Source: Paramicrosporidium saccamoebae KSL3
Taxonomy: Eukaryota > Fungi > Cryptomycota
DNA length: 32,000 bases
Direction of reading: 5' to 3'
Assembly (NCBI GenBank): GCA_002794465.1
Contig: MTSL01000150.1
Coordinates: 89,448 to 121,447, forward strand
In this document: piece by piece, positions 1 through 9,982 of the stretch
Numbering within the stretch: the stretch's first letter is position 1
Layout: every line of letters begins with the position of its first letter
Translations under genes and position numbers: made by a program
Notes under the pieces: model-generated
Told to the model about the DNA's origin: nothing
What the model saw: only the letters and a program-made list of their open reading frames with translations
Databases searched by the model: none

Positions 1-109
1 GATGAGGAGAAAATATCTCTACATTACCGCCCCGATGAGGAGAAAATATCTCTACATTACAGTCCAGATGCTCGCTCACGTCTCTTTATTACAGTCCAGA
101 TGCTCGCTC
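1..109. repeat. Two adjacent short tandem duplications
   Basis: GATGAGGAGAAAATATCTCTACATTAC at 1-27 and 34-60 (period 33); ATTACAGTCCAGATGCTCGCTC at 56-77 and 88-109 (period 32). May continue beyond the window start. Confidence 0.9.
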
Positions 110-232
110 TTGCTCAAAACTCTACGATAAGGCCCAAATGTTTCCACACATATCTATGCTACAGCCTAGGGATAAAAAAAGCCTCGCTACAACCCCCCCC
201 CCACAGCTAACATCAATACAACAGATTTTCTA

Positions 233-1077
233 TTATTCTTGTGACGTCAAAGTATCTCGTTCAAATCGTTCACACACCATACGCATATGGTCTAGTAGAT
301 TATCCAGTCCTTCCAAGTAATTCTCATCAACGGTGGGCTGATCCTTTGGGAAGATGTGGCAATGTACAAAGTCTATTATTCGACAGTCCCATCGGGCAAT
401 ATCGCTGTGATCATAGACGAAAAGAATAGAGGACGAGTAAAAGTGTCCGTTTGAGCACTTGACTGCTCGTCGAATAGCCTCCAAACGACGTATGAATCTC
501 GTTAATAAGGAAACTGCATCTCGAGGGGATAGCCGTGTGAAGAAGGCCTCCATCATTGGTAGCAAGTCTGCTTTTACTAATCCACGAACGTCTCGCTTTA
601 GCCGTAAGATTACACTACCCTCGGGGTCCAAACTCTACATATTAGCTGCAATCGTAGGACGAATGTACCCTCATCCCACTTATCCTGAATCCGACGCTTC
701 CCGAGGTCGAGTTCTCCGACTTGAGCTTCATTCTATCAGCCTTCTCTGGGGTGGCATCATCATCGTAGAGCCTCCTCCCAATTTTCATGTCCAGAATGCA
801 TGGTTCGTCCATTCCATAGGTCAGGTCTTCCAAGACAATACAATCTATCAAACAATTATTATACTATTTGAAAGATTGTACTTCCTAACATTGGCAAGTA
901 AATTTCGCCATGAAATTTGGAGACTACCTGCTGCAGAGCAGGATCCTGTTGTACGTCCTCATAAAATTGTGTTTCTTTTGGGAAGAAGGGTTTAACAATT
1001 AGGTCGGGGCGACTTGGGTGTTTCACAATCAAGTGGTGTCCACCAACCTGGTGAGGAAATATATCTATACTCTCCAT
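233..1077 (-). CDS. Inositol polyphosphate kinase (IPK family, IPMK/Ipk2-like size), ~257 aa, 2 introns
   Basis: Exons 1077-882, 844-669 and 634-233 join in frame across GT-AG introns 845-881 (37 nt) and 635-668 (34 nt). Motifs FPHQVGGH, PCILDMKIG (PxxxDxKxG), GFRISGM, SSILFVYD and IIDF. The subfamily (IPMK vs IP6K) is not resolved. Confidence 0.9.
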
Positions 1078-1195
1078 GGAGCAGACCTCATCTTTGTTGT
1101 CCAGCTCGACGGAAAGACAGTCAGCGTCTTTCATGGAGAGTTTGGCACGGTAACGTCGGCCCAACGATTGGCCAATTGGATTTTAACAGAATCAT

Positions 1196-2559
1196 ATGCC
1201 GCGAGTGGAGAGCATCCTCGTTTCTGACCCGGATATTGAGAGCTCTGCCTTGCGCAGTCATGCCACATACAAGATTACTTCCAAGGTTCTCTACGTACCG
1301 ATTGTGTTTCTGGTCAGCTAACGATGGTCAGGATGTTAATGGGATGGAAAATGCCCGGGAGACTTTGATTGTCGTAAGGCGGAGATTTCGGGAATTCCTT
1401 CTCCTACAAGACTGTCTACGTGCAAATAATCCAGGCTGCATTCTCCCGCCCCTCCCAGCACCCACCATCCATTGTAAATGCTATGGGGGTTAATTTACAT
1501 TAGTGCATCCATCAAAAGAGCTGGTAGAGTCGCGGCAAGTCTTGCTACAACGCTACCTAGACAATATCCTTGCATATAGACCGTTCTTCACAGACCCTTC
1601 AGTTTGGCTTTTTATTGAGTGCGAAAAATTTCCCCAGATGGTTCACGAATTTAAGCTTCGGGAACGTTTTGACGAGCTTAGACCGCCCCCTCATGGATTG
1701 CGGGAGACCCCGCGATATTCGGATCCCGTATATTATTATCAATCTACCAGCTCACTCTGTAGCTTGAAGACCGGTTGGACTATCTCATCAAGATTACTGC
1801 CCGTTTAGAGATTTTGAAACTCTCCCTGATAGAGTTTTTCTCTGCCCAAAAGAGTACTGCTACTACCATGACTGACGTTAATTTTAGATCTGGCAGAAAT
1901 GATAACGGAGACTGGAAAAGCTCTTACTGGATACCTGGATGCTGCTACCGATTGCGGAAGCCACTCGAAGCTCATACACTTGATCGATTCTGTCGATACT
2001 ATCTCGGACCTGCTAGCCCTCGGAACTGTATTATATTCGCGAGTGTCTTGTAATCAATAGGACCAGCTGAAAGATTCAAAAAGCTTTACAGTAATTGTCG
2101 ACGACAATATTCGTCTCATGCATGAAATTGAGCAAGCTTTTAATGTAAAGAGAATGTGGAAAGCAGCAGTGTACCATTTGGAAATCAGAATAATAGACAC
2201 TCAGGCCACCTTGATCAAGTCCCAAAACGACCAAAAGAGAAACTTTGACAAAAACTATCGCCTTTCTGAATCGTTCCTGAAGATGAGGGAGGAGCTCAAA
2301 GAGACATCCAAAATTTACGATACCATCTGTCAAAGGTTGAACTCTGAGCTGGATAGGATCGATAGTCAGAGGATGCTAGAGATTGAGCAGGGAATAAACC
2401 ATCTACTGCGGAATCTCCTCGATGCTCAAACCGAGGTACTCTACTACAACTGCAAATTGACTTTAGATGGTGAGCATCTGGGACAATTTTATGGCTGCAA
2501 ATGAGAGCGAGATTTCTTTAAGGGCAGCATCTTCGGCAGGAGTGGCACCTTATGCATAG
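1196..2559 (+). CDS. Sorting nexin, PX + BAR domain, ~384 aa, 6 introns
   Basis: ATG 1196; introns 1286-1331, 1474-1503, 1728-1762, 1854-1887, 2028-2060 and 2436-2466 all keep frame. PX signature VRRRFREFLLLQDCLRANNPGCILPPLP and SRQVLLQRYL, then a helical C-terminal half ending EMVSIWDNF. The exact paralog (Vps5/Snx4/Mvp1-like) is not determined. Confidence 0.88.
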
Positions 2560-2584
2560 CAATCCAGCCTGTATAAATTATTCC

Positions 2585-3403
2585 TTAATGCCCACAGAGG
2601 CCGATTTGTAAGGCTTGTAGTGTAGGTGGTGGATTGGAGAAGTCAAGTTGATAGAGATGAGTCGAAAGATAAGGCAGGCGCGAGCGCAAGGAGCCTGGAC
2701 GTCCAGTTTATGGTCATAACTTTGCAATATATCTATTTACAATACCAGACCCTCTATTGGAATTCCTGGACCGCAAATATCCTCTGTAAAACAGCATCCG
2801 CCGTTCATTGGTGACTCCAATCAAGATATCTGTCCCCATAAACCCAATCTGGCATTTTGTTGAGAGTAGTCATCCATAGACAGCAGACGTTGTCTTGCGG
2901 TAATATTCTACTCGGAATTTAACACGCTCTTACTCCCATTATGTCCACATTCTCGTCTAAATGAGAATCTCTACTCCACGAACCCTATGACTCATATGTA
3001 TATACTCGGTAAATCATTTTCGTATTCTTATCTTCTATTTTGCCATCACATGTGGCCCGCCTAGTGAGTGAATAGGAGTACATAAAGACTATCCGTTCGA
3101 TTATAGCTCATTTTTATGTGATAGGCCCCATAAACCACTTTGAATATTCAATGAATAGCATGGAATAAAAATCATGCGGATATTTGCCATTTTGGGACTG
3201 GTAAGATGGGGGATTAGGGACAAGGGTATCTTGACAGGTTGGAGTGTTGGGTTAGGCTCTGCGCATCTTTTCGTACGAGTATATTCCGCACCGTTCGAAC
3301 ATTTAAAGTTTACCTCCCCTCTGGTTATCTTCTGCAACCAGTCACACCTATTGTACAGCCCGAGCTTTGACTCGTTGTTTGCTTTTTGTCCCCCCATCAA
3401 CAA
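2585..3403 (-). other. Possible intron-rich gene, no reliable model
   Basis: About 870 bp gap between SNX and the zinc-knuckle gene. The minus strand has several short GT..AG segments and short open stretches (e.g. IGFMGTDILIGVTNERRMLFYRGYLRSR), but I could not build a unique spliced ORF. Confidence 0.2.
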
Positions 3404-3435
3404 GTTTTATTTGAGTTTCAAGATTTTCAGCGCCC

Positions 3436-4500
3436 ATGAACAACAGCGATTATCTAGATAAGACTGCTCCATCTGGAAAGCGACAGTCTCACGATGATTC
3501 CGGGCTACCTGGAGAGGAGGACCCATTCTGGGTGTCTCCTGCGGATTCTGGATTGGGTGCTATTGGAGAGCGTCAAATTAAGCGAGCTTTTGACCAAATC
3601 GTCACCAGCATTCATTTGGACGCGGAAGATTATGCGCCTCAAAGTCGCAAAGGTAAGATTCATTTGATTGGTCAAGGTGCTAATTCACTTTCCTTTTTAG
3701 ATAGGACAACTGTTCCTGACTTGGACTCGCCACAGAGTAGTACCTCCTCCAGAGTTTCGTTCCCATCTCACACACTCTCCACACCTAGTAAGAGACAAAT
3801 ATGGGTACTGATGGTAGATTTTGCATTGAGCCCGTCGGTGTCTCTGGCCAGCCTATCTTCTCCCTCCAGAAGAGCCAACTTGGATCCGCCCATTATCAGC
3901 TCACCAGTGCCATTGTCCACAAAAAGCTTCCTCGACGATGACTGGCTTCGAGATCGTGTTAAGCATGATTCCAAGATGGCGCAAGTGGCGGGCGGCCTTG
4001 TTCGCTCCTCATCAACGCCCCCACGATCTGATCAGGGCAACTTTGAGTACAGTTTTGGCGGTTCGGGTGCTTTTTTGAACGGCTTTAACAGCAATGCACC
4101 ACCCAGAGACTACATATGCAAGCTATGCAGCATTCCTGGGCACTGGCTAAAGGATTGTCACCTATATGAGCCGCGAGGCAATGGAGCTGGGGGTGGAGGT
4201 CGTTTTGGCCACACTCGCGCCACGTCCATGAGCAGTGTCGGATCTCGCACCCAACAGCCACCGGGCAACTATATCTGTCGATTATGTGGCGTGCCTGGGC
4301 ATTGGATTGAGCAGTGTGCTAAATTCCAGCCAAAATCGGGCAAGGTGGATGTGTACATTAAGGGAAGCATTCCGCCGAAGAACTATATCTGTAACCTATG
4401 TCATCAGCCAGGACATTGGATACAACAATGTTCAGAGTTTACATCCATGCCAAGTCATCACAAACGATCCGTCTCATCTGAGCGTGGACGCTACTTTTGA
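3436..4500 (+). CDS. Protein with three CX2CX4HX4C zinc knuckles (Mpe1/RBBP6-type knuckle) and a Ser/Pro-rich N-terminus; putative RNA-binding
   Basis: YICKLCSIPGHWLKDC, YICRLCGVPGHWIEQC and YICNLCHQPGHWIQQC, each preceded by PP(x)(D/N). Probable in-frame 30-nt intron at 3788-3817. Confidence 0.85.
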   Translation: MNNSDYLDKTAPSGKRQSHDDSGLPGEEDPFWVSPADSGLGAIGERQIKRAFDQIVTSIHLDAEDYAPQSRKGKIHLIGQGANSLSFLDRTTVPDLDSPQSSTSSRVSFPSHTLSTPSKRQIWVLMVDFALSPSVSLASLSSPSRRANLDPPIISSPVPLSTKSFLDDDWLRDRVKHDSKMAQVAGGLVRSSSTPPRSDQGNFEYSFGGSGAFLNGFNSNAPPRDYICKLCSIPGHWLKDCHLYEPRGNGAGGGGRFGHTRATSMSSVGSRTQQPPGNYICRLCGVPGHWIEQCAKFQPKSGKVDVYIKGSIPPKNYICNLCHQPGHWIQQCSEFTSMPSHHKRSVSSERGRYF

Positions 4501-4734
4501 TCTTTTGTATTGCCGTTAGTTTGTTATAATTTCATTTCTACAGTATATATTTGTTATGTAGTGGATTAAAAAAATTCTGTTTAACCCATGATTTTATGTG
4601 AGGGTGTTTTATAATGTGTGGAAGAAATGTTTAAAAGCCCGGGCATTAACGCTGCGATTCGGTTTGTGCTAGATTAGGGATCCGATAATGCCGTAAAAAT
4701 GTTTTGAAAAGCTAAAGCATTCTATTAAAGGGAT

Positions 4735-6507
4735 CTACTTTGATCTTGTCTTCTTGTTCGTCCGTTTGTTGGCATTTACTTTGGTAGCATTGGGTTTCGT
4801 AACATTTACCTTGGTGGTATTCGGCTTCGTAACACTTTGTTTGTTGGCAGCGTTCGGCTTGGTAACATTTTTGTTGGCAACGTTTGCTTTAGTGGCACTC
4901 GGCTTGGCAACACTTACATTGTTAACATCCGACTTAATACCTTCCTCTTTTGCAGCACTGCCAGGATACTTATTGCTAACCTTTTTCAGTTTGGCAACAA
5001 AGAAGCCATCCATGTTATGAACATGTGGGTAGAAACGACGTGCCAATTTCATAGAGGGATGGAACGATTTTCCACGGAATGCAGGGAATCCCTCTCGTCC
5101 AAATTCCAGTCCAGCTTCAACTAAACGTACATTGGGACGCTTCAGGAGGGCATATTGCACCACCTCTTCATTCTCTTCCACAGTGACGGAACAAGTTGAA
5201 TAGACAATGATTCCACCAGTTTTGGAGTTGGCATCGCAAGAATCGATGGCAGCAAGAATGAGCTCTTTCTGTAGGTGAGTCAATCGGCGGAAATCTTCTT
5301 CAGTTTTTGACATTTTCACAGTCGGATCTTTGGAGATGACACCGGTACCAGAGCAAGGCGCGTCCAGCAAGACGCGGTCAAAACCACCAATAACACCAGG
5401 GAACTCCCGTCCGTCATGGGCACACACTACCGAGTTGCGGACACCGAGACGGTGAATGTTGGCCGCTAGGGACTTGCAACGATCACGGCTTGGATCGTTT
5501 GCATAGAGGATGCCAGTGTTACGCATGAGGGCAGCAATATAGGTTGATTTGCCACCGGGGGCAGCCGACATGTCCAAGACACGCTCATTGTCGCCAGGAT
5601 TGAGAGTCATGACTGGCAGAAAAGACGCCGCACTTTGCAGCATATAATGGCCAGCGAGGTATTCAGGAGTTGCACCAATAGGGACTGGGGAGTCAAAGAT
5701 CTGCAGCCCGACCGGAGACCACTTGTCCAGTGGGTCCAGATTAACCCCACGACTAATCAGAGCCTGTGCAAGATCACGACGACGCGTTTTTAGCGTGTTC
5801 ACGCGGATAGTAACGGGACGAGGTGTCTCGTTTGCTTCAATAAACTCTATCGCCTCAGTCACTGGGAATATCTGAATAATCTTTTCAATCATGTACTCAC
5901 TGTAGCTGTAGTAGGCAGCAAGGTCCGCTACAAGTTGACGTAACAGCTCACTGCGACTAGGTCCCTGGCCGGAGTAGGCCTTAAAGTTGCCCAAGATGGC
6001 CACAATCTTTTGGATTCGTTGCTGTGCAGCACCGACATCAGTGACTCCCTCGCTGTCCACCCCAATGATAAGATTCGAAGTATCCTCGACCATGACTTTG
6101 TCTTCTTCATCGGCATCCTCCGAGGCGAGTTCTTTGTCAGAATCCTCCTCGCTGTCGTCTGCCTCGACGTCAAAGTTATCGTCCATCATTTCGGCGTCGT
6201 CGTCATCAGACCCGAACATTTGCATCTTTTCATCCCCACTCTCACCATCTTCAATCGTCACGTCTGATTCAAAGTCATCTTCCATGATTTCAGCTTCAGA
6301 AGATACCATTTCCTCCTCAACGTCGATTTCCGAGTCTTCCTCAGAGCTACTCTGTTTCTTTGACCGCTTGCTATCGCGACCCTTGTTCTTTGACGTAACT
6401 GGCCGTTTGCCCTTTTGTATCACTGCCGTTTTGGCAGGTTGTTTTGTAACCGGCATCTTTTTGGGAGCACTTCCCTTCTGAACGGCGGTCGGCTTGCTCT
6501 TGGACAT
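4735..6507 (-). CDS. NOP2: 25S rRNA m5C methyltransferase Nop2 (NOL1/NOP2/Sun family)
   Basis: ATPEYLAGHYMLQ, VLDMSAAPGGK, FDRVLLDAPCSGTGVI, VYSTCS and PHVHNMDGFFVAKL; acidic N-terminal region and Lys-rich tail. Start taken at MSKSKP (6507); the ORF track extends to 6555. Confidence 0.96.
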   Translation of the reverse strand: MSKSKPTAVQKGSAPKKMPVTKQPAKTAVIQKGKRPVTSKNKGRDSKRSKKQSSSEEDSEIDVEEEMVSSEAEIMEDDFESDVTIEDGESGDEKMQMFGSDDDDAEMMDDNFDVEADDSEEDSDKELASEDADEEDKVMVEDTSNLIIGVDSEGVTDVGAAQQRIQKIVAILGNFKAYSGQGPSRSELLRQLVADLAAYYSYSEYMIEKIIQIFPVTEAIEFIEANETPRPVTIRVNTLKTRRRDLAQALISRGVNLDPLDKWSPVGLQIFDSPVPIGATPEYLAGHYMLQSAASFLPVMTLNPGDNERVLDMSAAPGGKSTYIAALMRNTGILYANDPSRDRCKSLAANIHRLGVRNSVVCAHDGREFPGVIGGFDRVLLDAPCSGTGVISKDPTVKMSKTEEDFRRLTHLQKELILAAIDSCDANSKTGGIIVYSTCSVTVEENEEVVQYALLKRPNVRLVEAGLEFGREGFPAFRGKSFHPSMKLARRFYPHVHNMDGFFVAKLKKVSNKYPGSAAKEEGIKSDVNNVSVAKPSATKANVANKNVTKPNAANKQSVTKPNTTKVNVTKPNATKVNANKRTNKKTRSK

Positions 6508-6848
6508 TCTCAATGACCGGGGTATCGAGGCAAGAATGTGAATTTGAGCTATCATTATATCGGTCCAAGCATAGAAGCAATAGTAGAGCTTTAGTTTAAA
6601 AGTGTTTTACACAAGGGTTGAGAGTATGAGCAAAACTTGTGGCCCGATCTATAAGATTATACAGCCGGGTTCAATTTGAGAAATCCTGTGAACACAAGTA
6701 GGCTGCACATGTGCTACTTCACTGCTCCGATTATTAAATATACTAACAGGGCTTCCAGATACATAGTCAGCTGCATCAGCGTGCATATTATACCACTGCT
6801 GAGAGAATCAATACAGTACCTGACTCCTCATACCCTGGTCTCGCTACT

Positions 6849-7356
6849 ATGGCCTCCAAGAGTACCCACATCCCCTTCGTCCATCCATCCTAACTTCTAG
6901 ACGCCGCCCTCGCTCAGGCCCAATCCGCCCGTAAGGCCACCCTCAAGGGCACCACCAAGGTTGCTCGCAAGGTCCGCACCACTGCCACCTTCCGTCTCCC
7001 CAAGACCCTCGCTCTCCCGCGTACTCCCAAGTATGTGCAGAAGGCGCTCCCCAAGGCCGGCAAGATGGACCAGTTTGCCGTTGTCAAGTTCCCCTTGAAC
7101 ACGGAATCGGCTATGCGTCAGATTGAGGATCACAACACATTGGTGTTTGTCTGTGATGTGCGCGCTAACAAGGCACAGATCAAGGCTGCCGTGAAGGGTC
7201 TCTATGGTGTCGAGGTTTCCAGCGTCAACACCCTTATTCGGTAGGATTGAGTATATTTGCTAATTGTGTAGCCCCGATGGTCAGAAGAAGGCCTATGTTC
7301 GTTTGGCCCCCGAGGTTGACGCTTTGGAGACTGCCGGAAAGATTGGTTTCATCTAA
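6849..7356 (+). CDS. RPL25: 60S ribosomal protein uL23 (L25/L23a), 145 aa, 2 introns
   Basis: Exons 6849-6861, 6901-7240 and 7272-7356; introns 6862-6900 (39 nt, CTAAC branch site) and 7241-7271 (31 nt, CTAAT). Sequence [47 protein letters not shown]; strong C/G-ending codon bias. Confidence 0.97.
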
Positions 7357-7434
7357 GCTAGCCACTTAAATACATACAACAGCTTATTGCTTTCTTACGG
7401 TGTGGCTACTGCATACATAGAATTCTAGGCTTTA

Positions 7435-9360
7435 TTACTTGGAATAATCTTTTTTGACAAATTTAATAGGGTCGATGATGGATCCCACCTTGACGCGGAC
7501 ACGAGACTGGATATTCTTGGTGAAATTGGTAGCACAATTCCACTCTTTGCCGACGGGCTTCTGTAGACTGCGCTCATATTCTTCATGCGACTTGAAAGGG
7601 AATGGTGGCCTGTCAATCATCAATTTCGCCATCTTTTTAGACCGCTTCTCGTGAATGATTACATGACTGAGATTGGCATCCTTTCTTTTCCTTGGATCAA
7701 GTCCTTCCTGAGCCTTGAGGATAATCTTGCCTTTGGGCGCCTCAATATCCAGCCCTCCCCATGTTCCCCATCCCGGCAGTGTGAGGTCAACATCTTTGGG
7801 CTTGTCTTCGTCAATCTCTTCTTGCTTCCTCTGCTGGAATTCAGCAAAAACATTGTCACCGTCAAATGCCTGCTTGATAACCTCTAATTGACCTTTAGTT
7901 TTCTCATCAAGAGTAATCGACTGCTCGTCCTCTGGGGCAAAGAGGTTTGGAATTTGCATCTTGCCTTTTAATCTCCGAGTTCGTCCACTTGAACTTTTTG
8001 GTTTCGCCTTATCAGCAACCGGGAGGATCACTTCATCGTCTCCGAAAATGCTGGATACGGTCTCGGGATTTTTGCTCTTTTTGGTGCTGACATTAGGAAG
8101 AGACTCGATCTCCTTATTGATGGGGTTGGTGGGTGCGAATACACGACGACCGATGGGAGCAGCAGCCTCTGGCTTGTCCTCAAAAATTTCGTCCATTTCA
8201 CCCGACATTTCGTGCCCAGAAAAAGAGTCTATTCCACTTTCCTCACTCGTCTCAACGTAGTCGTCTTCACAGTGCCTCTTCTTCTTGCTCTTTGAAAGGG
8301 ACTTGAAATCCTCAGTGGTCCCCTCTTCATCAGAGGAGTCTTCCTCATCATGAAAGTGGTCTCCCTCTGCGTTGTCGCTGTCCAGCTCAGAGCCTGAAAA
8401 TTCTTCCGCATACTGAGAAGCTTTTCCGAAAATTTCTTGACGGAGACGATCCTTGTCGCGCACTTGTTGCATCACTTCCTCGCGGCTCCCAGATTCGAGA
8501 CGACGCTTCTGCATCAGGTCATGGGCCCACTTGGTAGCCTTTCTAGTCTTAAGCGTCATGCGTTCTTTGATCCTCCCAAGCTCGGCCTTCATGCGCTCCT
8601 CCCGGATTTCTTCTTCCGTGAGACGCTCTCCCGAGGCATCCACGTCCTTTACCATTCTCCTCTCCTTCTCACGTTTCACTACCTTGCGAAAGGTTTTACT
8701 CTTAATCTTGGACTGGCGTTTGTTCTTTTGTTCATTGAAAAATAACAGTGCGCGACGTTTTGCCAGTTCCTGGTAGCGCCGTTCCACCTCTTCTGGTGTT
8801 AGCTTGCTCATCTCCAACTGTTCGGCGGTTGTGATGCCTTCCTCAGTGTCCATTCCACTCTTCTTTAGCATCTCATTCATTGTTTTCTCCAAATCAGTTT
8901 TTGGCTCAAATGCTGTGGCGAGTATATCTCCAGTGCTAGGCGTTGGCCTTGGCTGTTTGGCCGGGAAGGACAAGACTTTGGCGTTCCTGTTGGCCCTAAT
9001 CACTGGGATCCATTTGTTCACTTCCTTCGAGGACAGCTCATAAGCTGCCTTTCTCTCTAGCCTTTTCTGCTCATGCGAGGCAAGGGGTGCCGCCACTATT
9101 TCGACGTTTGCCACGCCTCTTTTCCCGACAGCATTCTCGGCCTCTACGATATCACCGATACGCTTCTTAAGGTCTGCGAAACCGGTTTCATCGTCAAGCA
9201 CTGCCGTCAGTTCAGCTATGCTAACCTGTTCGCCTTCCTGTGCATGTTCCGCCAACGCTGTGCTCTTATTCAAGTTTCTCCTGTCAGCGGATGCATCAGC
9301 ATCCAGACCAGTGACAAAAGAAAGCAAGTCTTTGTCTATTCCCGAATCCTTTTTGCCCAT
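7435..9360 (-). CDS. UTP14: U3 snoRNP / SSU processome protein Utp14
   Basis: RRALLFFNEQKNKRQSKIKSKTFRK, RIKERMTLK, DLTLPGWGTWGG, DANLSHVIIHEK and PFPFKSHEEYERSLQKPVGKEWN. Start taken at MGKKDSG (9360). Confidence 0.93.
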   Translation of the reverse strand: MGKKDSGIDKDLLSFVTGLDADASADRRNLNKSTALAEHAQEGEQVSIAELTAVLDDETGFADLKKRIGDIVEAENAVGKRGVANVEIVAAPLASHEQKRLERKAAYELSSKEVNKWIPVIRANRNAKVLSFPAKQPRPTPSTGDILATAFEPKTDLEKTMNEMLKKSGMDTEEGITTAEQLEMSKLTPEEVERRYQELAKRRALLFFNEQKNKRQSKIKSKTFRKVVKREKERRMVKDVDASGERLTEEEIREERMKAELGRIKERMTLKTRKATKWAHDLMQKRRLESGSREEVMQQVRDKDRLRQEIFGKASQYAEEFSGSELDSDNAEGDHFHDEEDSSDEEGTTEDFKSLSKSKKKRHCEDDYVETSEESGIDSFSGHEMSGEMDEIFEDKPEAAAPIGRRVFAPTNPINKEIESLPNVSTKKSKNPETVSSIFGDDEVILPVADKAKPKSSSGRTRRLKGKMQIPNLFAPEDEQSITLDEKTKGQLEVIKQAFDGDNVFAEFQQRKQEEIDEDKPKDVDLTLPGWGTWGGLDIEAPKGKIILKAQEGLDPRKRKDANLSHVIIHEKRSKKMAKLMIDRPPFPFKSHEEYERSLQKPVGKEWNCATNFTKNIQSRVRVKVGSIIDPIKFVKKDYSK

Positions 9361-9483
9361 TCCAGTATCCGCGACCCCGGCCTGGCCACACATAGTATGA
9401 TGGAGTGAGTTGTAAATAATCTAAAGTTTCATTGCGTTCTACTGTACAGGGCCTTGTGTAGCGAATACTTGAATCCATGCTAT

Positions 9484-9741
9484 TGCCGCGTAGTGGGGAT
9501 AAAACCACGGACGGGAAGGGGGGTTGTTCCCTGCTAATCCTAGAATAGTATGGATGCACATGTCGCGTAGTGGGGATAAATAGTATGCATACATATCTTA
9601 CTGTCCCCAAATACCCAGCAAAGCGATCCACTCTAGCGCACAAACACGTCTCGCTGCCCTCAAATACCCAGAAACTAGGTCTTTTCCAAACTAATCAACC
9701 CTCTACGTCATATACCCAGCTAATCAATCCTCTACGCCACA
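9484..9741 (+). mobile_element. Solo-LTR-like / short TG..CA element, copy A (258 bp)
   Basis: Begins TGCCGCGTAG, ends CTACGCCACA, flanked by a perfect CTAT/CTAT (9480-9483, 9742-9745). Shares GCTAATCCTAGAA.AGTATGGAT.CACA and CTAATCAA.CCTCTA motifs with copies B-D. Confidence 0.8.
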
Positions 9742-9982
9742 CTATAATTGCCGAGAGTACTGTTAAAAACTATATAGCAACTGATCTGGAGCTTTCCTGC
9801 CAATTATTGGTTACAGAGTGAAAAGACTTTGCCTAAAGGACGATCAGTGGCCCTTCTACAATTATTTGACTGAAATGGGTACAAGTTAACAAGGGGCTAT
9901 TCTGATTTTTATTCATAAGGAAGAAGAATCCCATGTTGCAATCGTTACCCATCTATTAGTATTCTTCTCTGAACGGCATGGT

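Noticed and set aside
1-60. GATGAG and GAAAATAT as yeast PAC/RRPE ribosome-biogenesis motifs
   Set aside because: Not upstream of any Ribi gene in this window, and no such motifs were seen before NOP2, UTP14, SPB4 or RRP36.
5987-6481. Ser-rich plus-strand ORFs over NOP2, and similar antisense ORFs over IPK, RPL25, UTP14, SPB4 and P1-P5
   Set aside because: They overlap well-supported genes on the other strand or frame and have no motifs of their own.
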